64,000 nucleotides of DNA from Eledone cirrhosa (lineage: Eukaryota): the NCBI GenBank assembly GCA_964016885.1, contig OZ024741.1:175956001-176020000 (forward strand), read 5' to 3'. The notes under the pieces are model-generated. The model saw nothing but the letters and a program-made list of their open reading frames with translations. It made no database searches and was not told the origin of the DNA. Position numbers and translations under genes: made by a program. Below, piece by piece: positions 27,522-41,415 of the stretch. Positions within the stretch are counted from its first letter, which is position 1. Every line of letters starts with the position of its first letter.

Positions 27522-27748
27522 TCTTTCACGGCACAGGCATTGCTTTATATCTGGAGATCTCTCTGCACTTGTCATCACATGGTACCATGGGTCCAGCACT
27601 ATGTGTCAATAATTGTTACAAGTGTAGTGTTTGTACCAGAGTTTTCATGTCGCTGGCTGGACTAAAAAGTCACACTCGTTCAGCGCAGTGGTTCTACTAC
27701 ATGGATATAATGTAGTGGCCGTGCTCGAAAACGAGTTGGCAGCCACTC
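27522..27748 (+). mobile_element. RTE-derived type 1 element, 5'-truncated
   Basis: Matches 28488-28717; CYKCSVCTRVFMSLAGLKSHTRS remnant. Confidence 0.8.
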
Positions 27749-27814
27749 TGTATGTATGTATGTATGTATGTATGTATGTATGTATGTATGTATGTATGTA
27801 TGTATGTATGTATG

Positions 27815-28062
27815 TTCTTCTGGTTTTATAAATTCACAAAGTTCTACCAATAGAGAGAGAGTCGGTTTCTAACATAGACCCTAGACTCTCTCAGTGGAAT
27901 TTACACAACATCAACTAGGTAGATATGCATGCATGTGTAGATATGGATGTTATTGTATGTGTGGATGTGTATGTTTTGAGTTTATGTGTGCATGTGTATA
28001 TGCTTTGCATCTGTGTATATGCAGTTATTAGATGCAAAATGTTTGGAATGTTTTACATATTT
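27815..28062 (-). mobile_element. R4/Dong family B 3' UTR fragment
   Basis: Matches 20491-20752 including the 3' terminus. Confidence 0.85.
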
Positions 28063-28108
28063 TGTATGTATGTATGTATGTATGTATGTATGTATGTATG
28101 TATGTATG

Positions 28109-28717
28109 TCAGGTCACCAGTTGGTGCTACTGGTAACATGTATCCCAGTACAACCTGTCTCATGGTCGGGTCGTTGGCGACTAAACTGGCAACCCCACCA
28201 AGGTTTCTTGGTGAGGAGGGTGACTTTGGACATCCTGCAGGACTAAAAACAAAACCTGTCAAAGGGCAAAGGAGCTCTTAAGAGTCAATGGCCATCCAAA
28301 ATCACCAGGAGAGATGACCCCTTAGCCTTTGTCAAGGCAGAATTCTAGGAGAAGGAAAACTCTGATATAACACCTGCAACCCTGATGGTATCCAATGATG
28401 TTGACTTGTTCTTCTTTTTGGTAAATATCATCTTGGTTAAGAGAGTGGGACTGGCTTTGTGCAGTGCCTTTGCTCACTATAAAAGCTTCACGGCACAGGC
28501 ATTGCTTTATATCTGGAGATCTCTCTGCACTTGTCGTCACATGGTACCATGGGCCCAGCACTATGTGTCAATAATTGTCACAAGTGTAGTGTTTGTCCCA
28601 GAGTTTTCAAGTCACTGGCTGAGACTAAAAAGTCACACTCGTTCAGCGCATCGGTAGGAGTTCTCCTACATGGATATAAAGTAGTGGCCGTACTCGAAAA
28701 TGAGTTGGCAGCCACCA
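28109..28717 (+). mobile_element. Non-autonomous RTE-derived element, type 1 (full)
   Basis: Reverse complement of 2253-2858; (TATG)n flanks. Confidence 0.82.
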
Positions 28718-28736
28718 TGTATGTATGCATGTATGT

Positions 28737-29140
28737 AGGACAAAAAACCAAACCCTGACAAACGGCAGAAGAACTCATAAGAGTCAACGGCGATTCGAAA
28801 TTGTGTAAATATGTATATAGACATGTACGGCGCTGTTAAACCACTGGGAATGAAGGACCCTAGCCTTTGTCAGGGCATTCTTCTAGGAGAAGGCAACTCA
28901 GGAAACTGGGATAACTCCGATATAACACCTGCGTCTTAGTAGTTAACTATGATGTTGATCTCTTCTTTTTTTCGAGTTATAGCTACTGTCGCTCAGAGAG
29001 TGGGATTAGCTCAGTGCACAGTCTTTCCTCACTTGAAAAAATATCTTCACGCACAGGCATTACACGATAGAATTAATTAATAATTATTAATAATGGTATA
29101 TCGTGCAATGTCCATACTCGATAACGAGGGGGCAGCCATC
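28737..29140 (+). mobile_element. RTE-derived element, type 3 (5'-truncated)
   Basis: Shares gagtcaacggc, ctagcctttgtcagggc, ctaggagaaggcaactc, cttcacgcacaggcatt and ggcagccatc-(ATGT)n with type 1. Confidence 0.7.
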
Positions 29141-30157
29141 ATGTATGTATGTATGTATGTATGTATGTATGTATGTATGTATGTATGTATGTATGTATGT
29201 ATGTATGTATGTATGTATGTATGTATGTATGTATGTTTGTATGTATCTTTGTATGTTTGTATGTTGGTATGTATCCATATATTATGTACGTATGTATGCA
29301 TGTATGTATGTATGTATGTATGTATGTTTGTATGTGTGTATGTATGTTTGTATGTTTGTATGTTGGTATTTATCCATATATTATGTACGTATGTATGCAT
29401 GCATGTATGTTTGTACGATGAAGTCATTTGTTTTTAACGCTCAACGTCATATATAGCTTCAATTCTGTTGTTGTAGTTAATGACAGAGTATTCGTACAAT
29501 AATGATACGTATGCGAATACGAGATGTTCATAATTGATTCTATTATGAAGATCCTTGTAATACGTATTTCTGTAGGGTTAATAATTACGTAATGATGCGT
29601 TCAATCAATTACAAAAATGTGTTCTTCAGACAGCATTTTAGATAATACATATGTGGAGGGATATTTGTAAAAGCAGCATCGAATACAAGTCGGACCCCTT
29701 ATCAATAGCCTACATTATATTAGAAGTATTACATAATACATATATGATGTTGCCTGAAGAAGTCGTGTCTTTGATTACATGATCAGAACATTACTTAATT
29801 ATTAACGCCAGAGAAATACTTATTACAACGACCTTCATAATACAATGAATTACGAACATATAGCCTTCACATTTATATCATTATATATATGTTCGTGTGT
29901 GTATGTGTGTGTGTGTGTATGTGTGCGTGTCTGTGTGTGTGCGTGTCTGTGTGTGTGTGTGTGTGAGCGTGTCTGTGTGCGTGCGTCCGGCTACCGATGT
30001 GGGATTTTAAGTTTGGTAATTTACGAAGCAGAGTGTTAATAATAATAGGGAGCAGGAACGATCAGATCAAGGAACAAGCGGTCGGGATGGGGCACAGACT
30101 CGAGAATCGATAGCTCTTTACACTTGTGGACTCTCATTTCGGCTCCTTATTATATAT

Positions 30158-31334
30158 ATACTAGGACAACACTTTACAGTTAAGTGCAATTTCACACGTG
30201 CATTAAACCTAATCTATGTGTTGACCTGCTTAGGTTGTCGAGAGCACTAAATAGGACAGACCAAAAACAGCCTACAACAACGTATGACCGTCCATAGATC
30301 CCAAATCAAAATACGGGAATACAGAAAGATAGCACTAAGTGAACACATTGCGACCTGCGCATTTAATGAACAACCCAATTTTAGAATTTTTCCCATCTAC
30401 AAATTCAAAGACAACGCTTCCTACATCCAACGCATTAGCAAGGAATCACAAGTTATTGCAAAATACGAACCCCTTCTAAATGCTTCCACTTAAGACTAAA
30501 CCAAAGCTGGCATACTTTAAAATCAATCTTTAAAATTAAACCTTTAGCAATGTATTCTTCTCCAAGATTCCAGCAACCTCTGACAACTATATAATGCAGA
30601 CCAAGCAACCACATAGTAACACCCACATCAGCAAGTCCTGCAGAAGCTCCACGAAGATAAATGGAAGCTTCTGCTGAAGATAGAATGTGTCTTCCAGTGG
30701 CACTGATCCTCTCTTTGTAGCAAAATTTTCTCCATCCCCCTCAATCAAAAATTCCTGCTATGGATAGTATTAATATTTCAATAACTCTAAATCTTCTTTC
30801 TGGCAAAACAACAAAGTGAATGTTGATGATTTCTTCTAAGAAATAATACCAAGATAGACATTTTTAGAAGCAACCCCCCTCCCGGTCAACTATAAGGTCG
30901 CCCAGCCTTTCAAACCAATCCCAGCCAAACCTTGTATCAACTATTCAGAGGGTCCCATATAGCAGTCTGCGGCCACAACAAGCATCCCCTACCCCCTTCC
31001 CCTCCTTCTTCTTCTCCTCTCCCCTCCTGCTTCTGCCCTCTCCAGTCACAACAAAGCCATTAGCAGAAAAAGATGGACAGACAAAATGACTTGCTTCTCT
31101 GAAGGATCACATATGTGAAAATTAACCTTTCCTTCGCTCCGTATATTTTTTTTGTTATTATCATTAATTTCACTATTTGTACAAATATGCAACTTAAAAT
31201 ATTCTGCATATCCGCAATTGACAATGCATTTAATGATGAAACCGGTATTATAAATAAATTAATGCTTTGAAAATTCACTAAAAATATCTCGTCAACATTT
31301 TCTACAGAAACAATCTTTATCCTTTCTACTATTT

Positions 31335-31335
<1 letters not shown>
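30158..31335 (+). mobile_element. Penelope-like 3' fragment (GIY-YIG 30158-30493 plus 3' UTR)
   Basis: NLIYVLTCLGCREH*IGQTKNSLQQRMTVHRSQI..LSEHIATC..KESQVIAKYEPLLN. Confidence 0.8.
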
Positions 31336-31372
<37 letters not shown>

Positions 31373-31428
31373 GAGGTAAAATAAGAAAATTTTAAAAATT
31401 AAAAATTAACTTACTTACTGAAATTTTC

Positions 31429-31510
31429 ACTCCAACTAATTAGTTTCTGTAATGGGATAAAGATAGTTACGTAATGTAACTGTCGAGAATTCATTACGTC
31501 ATCAGGGAGT
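31429..31510 (-). ncRNA. Type I hammerhead, copy 1
   Basis: actcc CTGATGA cgtaatg..cattaca GAAA ctaattag TT ggagt. Confidence 0.8.
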
Positions 31511-31968
31511 CTATTCTCAGCTAAGTCTCCAGGCAATGCGCGGACACTAGGGACTCATATAAAAATAATAATAATTCGGTGGATGGAACAGCTAGCGAGG
31601 ACTGAACTCCAAAGCACCGAAAAAGTTCACTGCCTCTGGTCAAATGGCAGATTCTAAAGAATCAATCACGTGACACTGAGGCTAGTCGGAAGGAGTGGGG
31701 TAGTAAAATGACAAAGCCTACTACCACAACAATAAGTTAGTAGTGGATTTGGCAGGTTTGCTCAACAAATAAATAATTTGGAGATAAATATAGAGAATTA
31801 GTATATCTACGAACATATGCGTACAGATGTATACTAATGCTAGCAAATACATAAGTTATGTCATAGTACCTAGGTGGTTCAATGCAGGAGGATGCAGAAC
31901 AATTATATGAAAGACGTAAAATAATAAAATTTTAAAAATTAAAAATTAACTTACTTACTAAAATTTTC

Positions 31969-32050
31969 ACTCCAACTAATTAGTTTCTATAATGGGATAA
32001 AGATAGTTACGTAATGTAACTGTCGAGAATTCATTACGTCATCAGGGAGT
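31969..32050 (-). ncRNA. Type I hammerhead, copy 2
   Basis: Same motif 540 nt from copy 1. Confidence 0.8.
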
Positions 32051-32160
32051 CTATTCTCAGCTAAGTCTCCAGGCAATGCGCGGACACTAGGGACTCATAT
32101 AAAATTAATAATAATTCGGTGGAGTGTCCGCGCATTGCCTGGAGACTTAGCTGAGAATAG

Positions 32161-32242
32161 ACTCCCTGATGACGTAATGAATTCTCGACAGTTACATTAC
32201 GTAACTATCTTTATCCCATTATAGAAACTAATTAGTTGGAGT
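32161..32242 (+). ncRNA. Type I hammerhead, inverted copy 3
   Basis: actccCTGATGAcgtaatg...cattataGAAActaattagTTggagt. Confidence 0.8.
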
Positions 32243-32410
32243 GAAAATTTTAGTAAGTTAACTTTTAATTTTTAAAATATTCTTATTTTACGTCTTTCAT
32301 ATAATTGTTCTGCATCCTCCTGCATTGAACCACCTAGGTACTATGACATAACTTATGTATTTGCTAGCATTAGTGTACATCTGTACGCATATGTTCGTAG
32401 ATATACTAAT

Positions 32411-32457
<47 letters not shown>

Positions 32458-32458
<1 letters not shown>

Positions 32459-32630
32459 GGAAAAGAGTCAGGACCCCGACAACTAGATCCGAACGCTGTC
32501 GAAACGGCGGGGCTCAGCCGTCAGTGTCCTGACTCTTTTCCTCTTACCCACTCTACTACACAAAGTATTGAGTACACTAGTGCGTTATGATCCACCTGGT
32601 AACTTACCACACCCTCTTTGCTCTTTGTTT
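32458..32630. mobile_element. Short inverted-arm PLE-type insertion with the 3' half of a hammerhead
   Basis: gtc GAAA cggc..gccg TC agtgtcctgactcttttcct; homologous to 62175-62340. Confidence 0.65.
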
Positions 32631-33899
32631 ATATATATATATATACACAGGCACACACACTCACACATATATGTGTGCGTGTGTGTGTGTTTGTGTATGT
32701 GTGAGTGTATGTGTGTGAGTGTGTGCATGTGTGTACATACTAGAACAGTCACTCACAATCGAGTATAAATGGTAGTATGTACCATGCTTTTGCAAATGTG
32801 CCCATGCAGTCATGAGTTCCACTCGATTCCTAAGTTCGAATGCAGAGAGCCTGAATATTTCATATAATACTCCAACAACTCCACATATTCACTTTTAATT
32901 TAAGCATAATCCCAGGATTTCTGGGCGAATAGAACATCAATCATATCAAACCTAGTATTTGATTGGTACTCTATTTTTCGACCTCAGAAGAATGAAAGGA
33001 AATATTGACCTCAGCGGGACCTCAACTCAGGAAATGAAGGCCCAGATAAAATACTGCTAAACATTTGTCCGACGCTCTAACAACTTTGCTACACACATAA
33101 CTAAGCAAAAAGATATGCAAAGAAAATATGCATGAGATTATGCTTGCTCTAAGCTACATATGTTTAACGTTGCACTAAAACGGAAAGTCGTACATTACCA
33201 TCGACGTAAAAACGAAATATAATGGTTAAGGGCAGACTTCCAGTCTACTATGACAACGAATTCAAATCTCATTATAAATCCGCTGAACTATTTCTGAGGA
33301 GAATAATTAAACGAAATGTTTTTGAGTGCCAACTCTAATGACAGCTTTAAATTAGTTACATAATTTAATACAGAATCCAAATATGAAGTGCAATTCTATT
33401 CACAAGTAAAGGCAACTATATTAAAAAGAATATAATAAAAAAAATTCTCTCCAGAAAATGTCAAATTCACAAAATCAGATTTGCATCTAAGCTTGCAGGC
33501 GGCAACAATGACAACAAGTGCAGTAATCACAACTTCACAATCATTTCTAATATTAGTTCTTTTGAACTAAATAAAAAATACCGAACACTTAATCAATGTA
33601 ATAGGCAATAAACTTGCGTATTTTATAATTGCTAATATTATCTAATAATTATTTATTGACGAAAGGCTTAGAAAATCATAACAAACATGTGTTTAGTGAT
33701 TTATTTTATTTATAACACGATTGGGTGAAAATACTATCATTGGCTACATGTTTTCAACAAGCCTAACACTGCGACTCTGCATTCAATATGACGATGGTAA
33801 GAATGGAGTGTTTGTAACTCGGGGATGAACAAGTAGTAGAGGCGACTTTGTTCGTAGAGTATTGTCTTTCATTTTCTAACAGATAAATAGTGGTTAAAA

Positions 33900-33994
<95 letters not shown>

Positions 33995-34134
33995 CTATAT
34001 GTGTGTGTGTGTTAGCGTCCGAAACGTTAATACCCTCTTCCAGCTATTTCAAGCGTTAACCTAATATATTCCTTCCATATACTGTACCGATTGTGTTGTT
34101 ATTTCTGTTTACCTTTTACATACATACATATGTG

Positions 34135-35072
<938 letters not shown>

Positions 35073-35149
35073 ATATATATATATATATATACTTTATACT
35101 TTATATATATAGACTTTAATGTATTCGTGAGTAAATAATAATGATTTTT

Positions 35150-35358
35150 AGTATAGGGACAAGGCCAGTAATTTGGAGGACGGGAAAGTCGATTAAGTCG
35201 ACCCCAATACGTTACTGGTACTTTATTTTATCGACCCCGTAATGATGAAAGGCAAAGTTAACTTCGGCGGGATTTGAACTCAGAATGTAAAAAACATAAC
35301 TCTATGCTGCAAAGTATGGTGTCCGACTCTCTACCGATACTACCAATCCACCGCCCTT
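35150..35358 (-). mobile_element. tRNA-SINE family A
   Basis: Near full-length reverse complement of 53121-53350. Confidence 0.85.
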
Positions 35359-35385
35359 CGTGAGTGAATGATACTGATATTATAT

Positions 35386-36344
35386 AACTAGACATGAAAA
35401 ATGCGCAAGCTCAAAAGTGCCACAGAATGTTATAATAAACCTTCAAAAGTGTGGGACTAGAGTTGTTGCTAAAAAATATTGTAATCATTATATATCGTAC
35501 ATTCTGTGGCATCCTTTATAAAAATAGCTTAAACCAACGAAGCCTTTATTTTTACGCTATTTCACTTAGTTAATTCTTAGAGTGTAACATATAAAAATAT
35601 GATTTACAACTATAAAATAAATTAATTAATATAATAACAGAGCTGCGGAGCTGAAATTTAGGAAATAATGGAGTATCGGATCCTGAGTTGGAGCCAGTCA
35701 ATTTTTGACCGACTCCGCAGCCCTGTATAATACATTTCATATTAAAGTTATTAATAAACCTATTTTACACTTCATGCAAATTACCACGAGATATTGATAT
35801 TAGATATAAGATACAGCGCAATATCTACAGCTGTAAAAGTACGAAAGCGAAGTAATAATAAGTGGCTTAAGGTAATTCCAATATGAAAGTTTGTAGTGAT
35901 AAAAATTTGATAATGCAATACGATTGTTAATATTATAGTTCTATGAAAATGTAACAATAGATAACTAAATTATTTTACTATTAGTATATTTAAGAAATTA
36001 TCATTATAGATTTGATCGTTCATATAAGCATCATATTAAGTTTCAACACAATTATTTTGTTACTATGAGTATATGATAATAATATTACGTAATTATTTAT
36101 AGCTGTTATTACATTAAACATAGATGTATTTATTTTTATATGTTACACTCTAAGAATTAACTAAGTGAAATAGCGTAAAAATAAAGGCTTCGTTGGTTTA
36201 AGCTATTTTTATAAAGGATGCCACAGAATGTACGATATATAATGATTACAATATTTTTTAGCAACAACTCTAGTCCCACACTTTTGAAGGTTTATTATAA
36301 CATTCTGTGGCACTTTTGAGCTTGCGCATTTTTCATGTCTAGTT
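35386..36344. mobile_element. Fold-back element with 214-bp apparently perfect inverted repeats
   Basis: 35386-35599 is the reverse complement of 36131-36344; AT-rich spacer. Confidence 0.75.
35638..35725. mobile_element. Tiny hAT-like MITE
   Basis: TIRs cagagctgcggag / ctccgcagccctg; flanks tataataa / tataatac (7 of 8 match as TSD). Confidence 0.7.
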
Positions 36345-36907
36345 TAATATTTTTTTAAGGCAACGCTTGTAATAACTCTAGTTAAACAGGATATATATTA
36401 ATAATAAATTATCGTTGTAATGTAATTAGATTATGTAATTGTTATTATAAATTATCTTATAAATATTAGTGTAAGATGTATAAAAATATTTTCAGACTTT
36501 TAATATAAACAACTACAAAAAACAATCAATATTAAATCAATATATTATACATAATAGAAAACATAAAATATACAATACAAAAACAAAATATTTACATACA
36601 TTTGCAATTATCAGTGTATATACATTTTCTTTATATTCCCTGAGCAAATTAATAAGATTTGTTTTTATTGTACATAATTTGATGACTTGTTGGAGTGTAT
36701 TAAAAGATAGCAACAATTTGTGATTAAATTGTTATCTTAAGCAACTCACTTTTTAATAGTTGTTGGCTGAGCGAAATTGTAAAAGCCTATGAGCAAATAT
36801 AAAAAAAAATACACAAACAACATTTCCTTGTGTTATTACAACATTAGATAAAATAATTGAGCAATGTCGTTATATTTTGCTCTTATTGCACATTAATAGT
36901 GTTTCTA

Positions 36908-37065
36908 TTTTTCGGCACAAATCCATTACGGCAGTCCATTACTGGTACTTTATTTTATCGAATTAGTAAGTATGAAAGTCGAAGTTAACCTCGGCAGGAT
37001 TTGAACTTAGAATGCAAAGGACCATAACAATACTGCAAAGCATGGTGTCTGACGCTCTACCAATA
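36908..37065 (-). mobile_element. tRNA-SINE family A
   Basis: actggtactttattttatcga..gttaacctcggcaggatttgaac. Confidence 0.8.
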
Positions 37066-37457
37066 CTTGTGTTGAGCTGGTCATTAATTTATGGTGGTCG
37101 TGCGTGGAGTAGAGCAATCGCTAGTTGAAATATTATGAACAAAACATTTTTATTTGCCGAAGAACATATTTTCAATACTGTTTGTGAATGTGACGAAGGA
37201 AATACATTCTGATATGGAACAGTGTACAAAGTGTGTCTGTGAATAACATAATGTTACCTCATGTTGTTGTCAAGACATAATGGATTTCGTTTATCCAGTT
37301 AGAAGATGAAACCTAGCCATCTCGGATTAGTTATATTTCATGCCATGTGTAAACGTGTTTGAGGATAGCAAAATATGCGCGTTAATTATAATAATTAGTT
37401 AATAATATTACAAAATATACCTAATTAAACTCTTTGCTTGAAATTTTATCATTCTTC

Positions 37458-37538
<81 letters not shown>

Positions 37539-38875
37539 TCTAGTCCTTCGCTCAAGATTATTCTATAAGTTTAGATGTTTGCCTTCGTTTAAGTAAATAT
37601 TACAGTAAGATTTTTAATATAAACAACTACAAAAAACAATTAATATTAAAACGAAAAAATTATCAATGATAAAAGAAGCGGATGCAACTTTTTTTTTTAT
37701 AAAGTTATATTCCTGTTTCTTTAAAGAACATTTCATTTTTGTTCTATTGTAGGCGAAATAATGCAATGGTTTAATAGGGAAGATATAACTTACGAATTAT
37801 GTCTCTAACCGTGTAACGCTTTTTAAGTAGATAACTACAATTGAAAATACTAAAGAAATGGAACCAACAATTCAATTTGAAAGTCGTCTAGTGACAGTGT
37901 ATTACTGGTACTTTATTTTATCGACCCCGTAACGATGAAAGGCAAAAATGCAAATGCTTAAAATTTAAATTGCCTTAATTCTATCGTCTGCTGTTTCATT
38001 AAAGGGAGATTATCGTCTGTATTTAATTCTATCGTCTACTGTTCCACTAAACAGATATACCTCCACTATCGTCTCTATTTATACATTTTAACTTATAACT
38101 TATACACATTTGATTTGAAATATTTTATCTAGTCCCCCCTCTCAATATTATGATGATTTATTTCGAATGAAACAGTTCTAGTCCTGTAGAAGCCATTTAT
38201 ATATATAATTGAACTGAGTTAAAAATTCACAATATTTATAATTAAATAAGCTCATATATATATGTGTGTATTTATCTGTTTATTGTATTATATATAATGT
38301 GTGTATATACAGGATGTCCCCCAAAAATATATACACACTTCAACAGCATTCTAATAACTATTGCCTGTACAGGTAATCAAAGTGTCAATCGAATGTTAGT
38401 TTCGTGTTTTAACAGTACAAATTTACAATACACACATAAAACCAGTGTATATACATACATGAATGTGTATACACATACATGAATGTGTATATACAATATA
38501 TATGTATATATATATAGACACATATATTCACGGTGCAACGGTACATTAAAATATAGATGCGGGAGAGGGGGGTGTATATATAGGGGCGCTGGGGATAAAG
38601 GAGTGTAAAGCGTGTGTAATTGATATATTGAAGGAGAGGAGCGTGCAGCGATAGAGTAACAAATATATAGAGAGGGGGAGAGATGGTATTGAAGGGGAGG
38701 AGTGCAAAGCGAAAGAGTAAGAGATATATATAGAGACGGAACAGATAGAGAGAAACAGGCGTAAGTAACAGTGGAAGAGATATAGAGAGAGGTACTCTGA
38801 TTGGTTGAAAATTAGCCAATGACATACGATCACCACCACCACGGCTATCCCCGAAAATTTTTTAAAGAAGCTAGG

Positions 38876-38942
38876 CATATATGTTAGAACACGAAAAGTG
38901 AACATTCTGTGTTTCACACTTTTCGTGTTCTAACAGATATGA
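38876..38942. repeat. Near-perfect hairpin, ~25 bp stem
   Basis: catatatgttagaacacgaaaagtg..cacttttcgtgttctaacagatatg. Confidence 0.8.
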
Positions 38943-40207
38943 TAATATTAATATTCGGTTTGTTTATTTACAAGTAAACAACCTCATAAAACACCTCGTG
39001 CTAGATGGCAACGTCATCCTTTTTTTTTTCTCCAAAGGTAGCTGAGAGAAAACAATCGACAATTGACAACTCTTTCGAAGTGTCTGGTGTATTCTCCTCC
39101 GTTGCTACTCGCTAGAACTGCTGAGAATACATCGTATTCTCAAATGTATGCATCGCCTTATTAGGTTCATTTGCATACCTAGCGATTTTACGATTTGACT
39201 GAGTAAAACATCTAGAATATAAGAGCTAGTCATATTGTTATTGTACTTATGTCATTTCCAACGAAGAGTGCCTCAGTTGATCCAATAAACAGAATTGTTT
39301 ACTCGTGGAATTAATTTGTGGATAGTTTTAGCATCAAACAATTTATGACAAGGCTGGCTCCATGAATTATATAACCAAGTCAATTTTCCCGCTAAGATGA
39401 CTATGTAACATGAAATAATCGACTTGCTGATTGCAACGCACCACTCGGTCCAGGAATCAGCTCACAACCTTATAATCATGAATTGAACACAACAATCACA
39501 TACACATATATTTAAAAAAGTAGATGTTCTACCGCGAGCTCAGAGATTTTGGCTAGTTACATATTCTGGCCTCCGTCAGGACAATTTCTCATATTAAAGA
39601 GAAATGGGAGGTAGGTAGAGAGGAAGAGGGGGAATAAGGAATGGGGAGTAAATGGACAGGCGAGATAGTGGAGAAGGAAGGGAAGAAAAAAGGTAAGACA
39701 AATGACATAACAAGCACTGTCGTGTGGATGTTTAGCGTTGGGTCACAATGGCATGTTACAGGGCTATTGCTGGAAGTCAGTTGCTATAACTGGGGTATTT
39801 GGTGTTGGTTAGAACCAGAGGGAATGAAGTTGTTCATCACATATATACATATATATATATATCATCCGCTCACAAACACACTTGCACACCTATGTGGAGA
39901 AGGAAAGAGAAGATGAAGAGTAAGAAAGAAAATGTGAAAAGAGGAAGGGTGGATCAAAGAAGGGAGGGGGAAAAAGAAAAGAATCAATGTCAGGTAGATG
40001 TATATTATAGCCTAATATAATCTGATCTCCTGTCAAATGTTCAGGTAGTGGCTAAGGGTTGACGGCAAATGGAAGAGGGAGGAAGCTAAGATAGTTGGAT
40101 ATCGTTGTAGATCCTCCACTTTTACTTATATACCCACTTTGCATATTATTATATATCGAGTACTATTTTGATTTGTGATCTTTCCGGTCCTAGTACCCCG
40201 CAGTCTA

Positions 40208-40272
<65 letters not shown>

Positions 40273-40389
40273 TGTCACGCTAATATCCGCCAGATTTTTT
40301 TCTCCACAAAGTTCGATCACCAGCAGCAAAGTTCAAAGAATATAAATCAAGTCCAGTCCATAAGTTGACACTATCATTGAGATAATGAA

Positions 40390-40541
<152 letters not shown>

Positions 40542-41324
40542 CCATCTGCTCCGTTGTTTCGATCTTCTCGAACACGCAGAACCTCCGGGTTGGACACAAA
40601 AACCAAGGAAACAAAACTCCATGAATCAATGCTGGCAATAATCATTTAAAACAGATACCCGGAACCCAATACAGTTATATGGAACTTAGCTTGAGAAGCC
40701 CTCGATTAGAACACTTTGAACCATATATCTATTTGTACACAGACTACCTGTAGATACAACAAAAGCAAGCACTATGAGCAGCAGTATCGGCATTACTTGA
40801 TACCTTTTGTTGATGGTTTGAGATGTTATATTAAAGTAGATGTTCACATATGTCATGTAAAACACTGGGAGGAGATGTAATGCAGAACGATTTAATGAAG
40901 AAAACACAATTAATTCTCCTCATAAAATAACTGAAATATCTCTGATGAGAATAATTAAACAAAATGGTCTGAGTGCCAACACGAAAGACAATTCTTTAAA
41001 GCTAGTTACAGTATAGTATTACAGAATTCCCAAAACGACGAATGTCACCCTTTACAAATAAAGCACACAAAATAAAATGTATAGCAATAAAAAAAAAAGC
41101 TCTAAACAATTTTTCTCTACACACAACTAAAATAGTAATTAAATCTCCTAACTGCTTGCTAAAATTACATCAAAACTCACAAGAAGAGGAAAGAAATGAT
41201 GAAGGGAAAACCTCAACCTCTCATACACACAGTGAAGCACATGCATACATACATATATTATATTATATCATATTATATTATATTATATTATATTATATTA
41301 TATTGTATTATATTGTGTTGACTT

Positions 41325-41415
41325 AGCCTTTCATCCTTACGGGGTCGATAAAATAAAGTACCAGTAATGCACTGGGTAATTGCTGGCCTTGTGCCTAAAG
41401 TAGAAACAATTATAT
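41325..41415 (+). mobile_element. tRNA-SINE family A, 3' half
   Basis: gcctttcatccttacggggtcgataaaataaagtaccagt..gctggccttgtgcc; further partial copies at ~32935, 37898, 43259, 45780, 52410 and 55072. Confidence 0.8.

Larger units (their letters stand above)
31369..32412. mobile_element. Retrozyme-like unit (540 nt period) with an inverted arm and three hammerheads
   Basis: 31369-31582 repeated 540 nt later; 32123-32412 inverted; (TA)n and (TC)n flanks. Confidence 0.88.

Noticed and set aside
29745-29832. CTGAAGA...GAAA hammerhead-like motif; similar weak ones at ~33290, ~39525-39585 (-), ~40940 and ~49675
   Set aside because: Stems or core are incomplete; probably decayed PLE hammerheads but not supportable individually.
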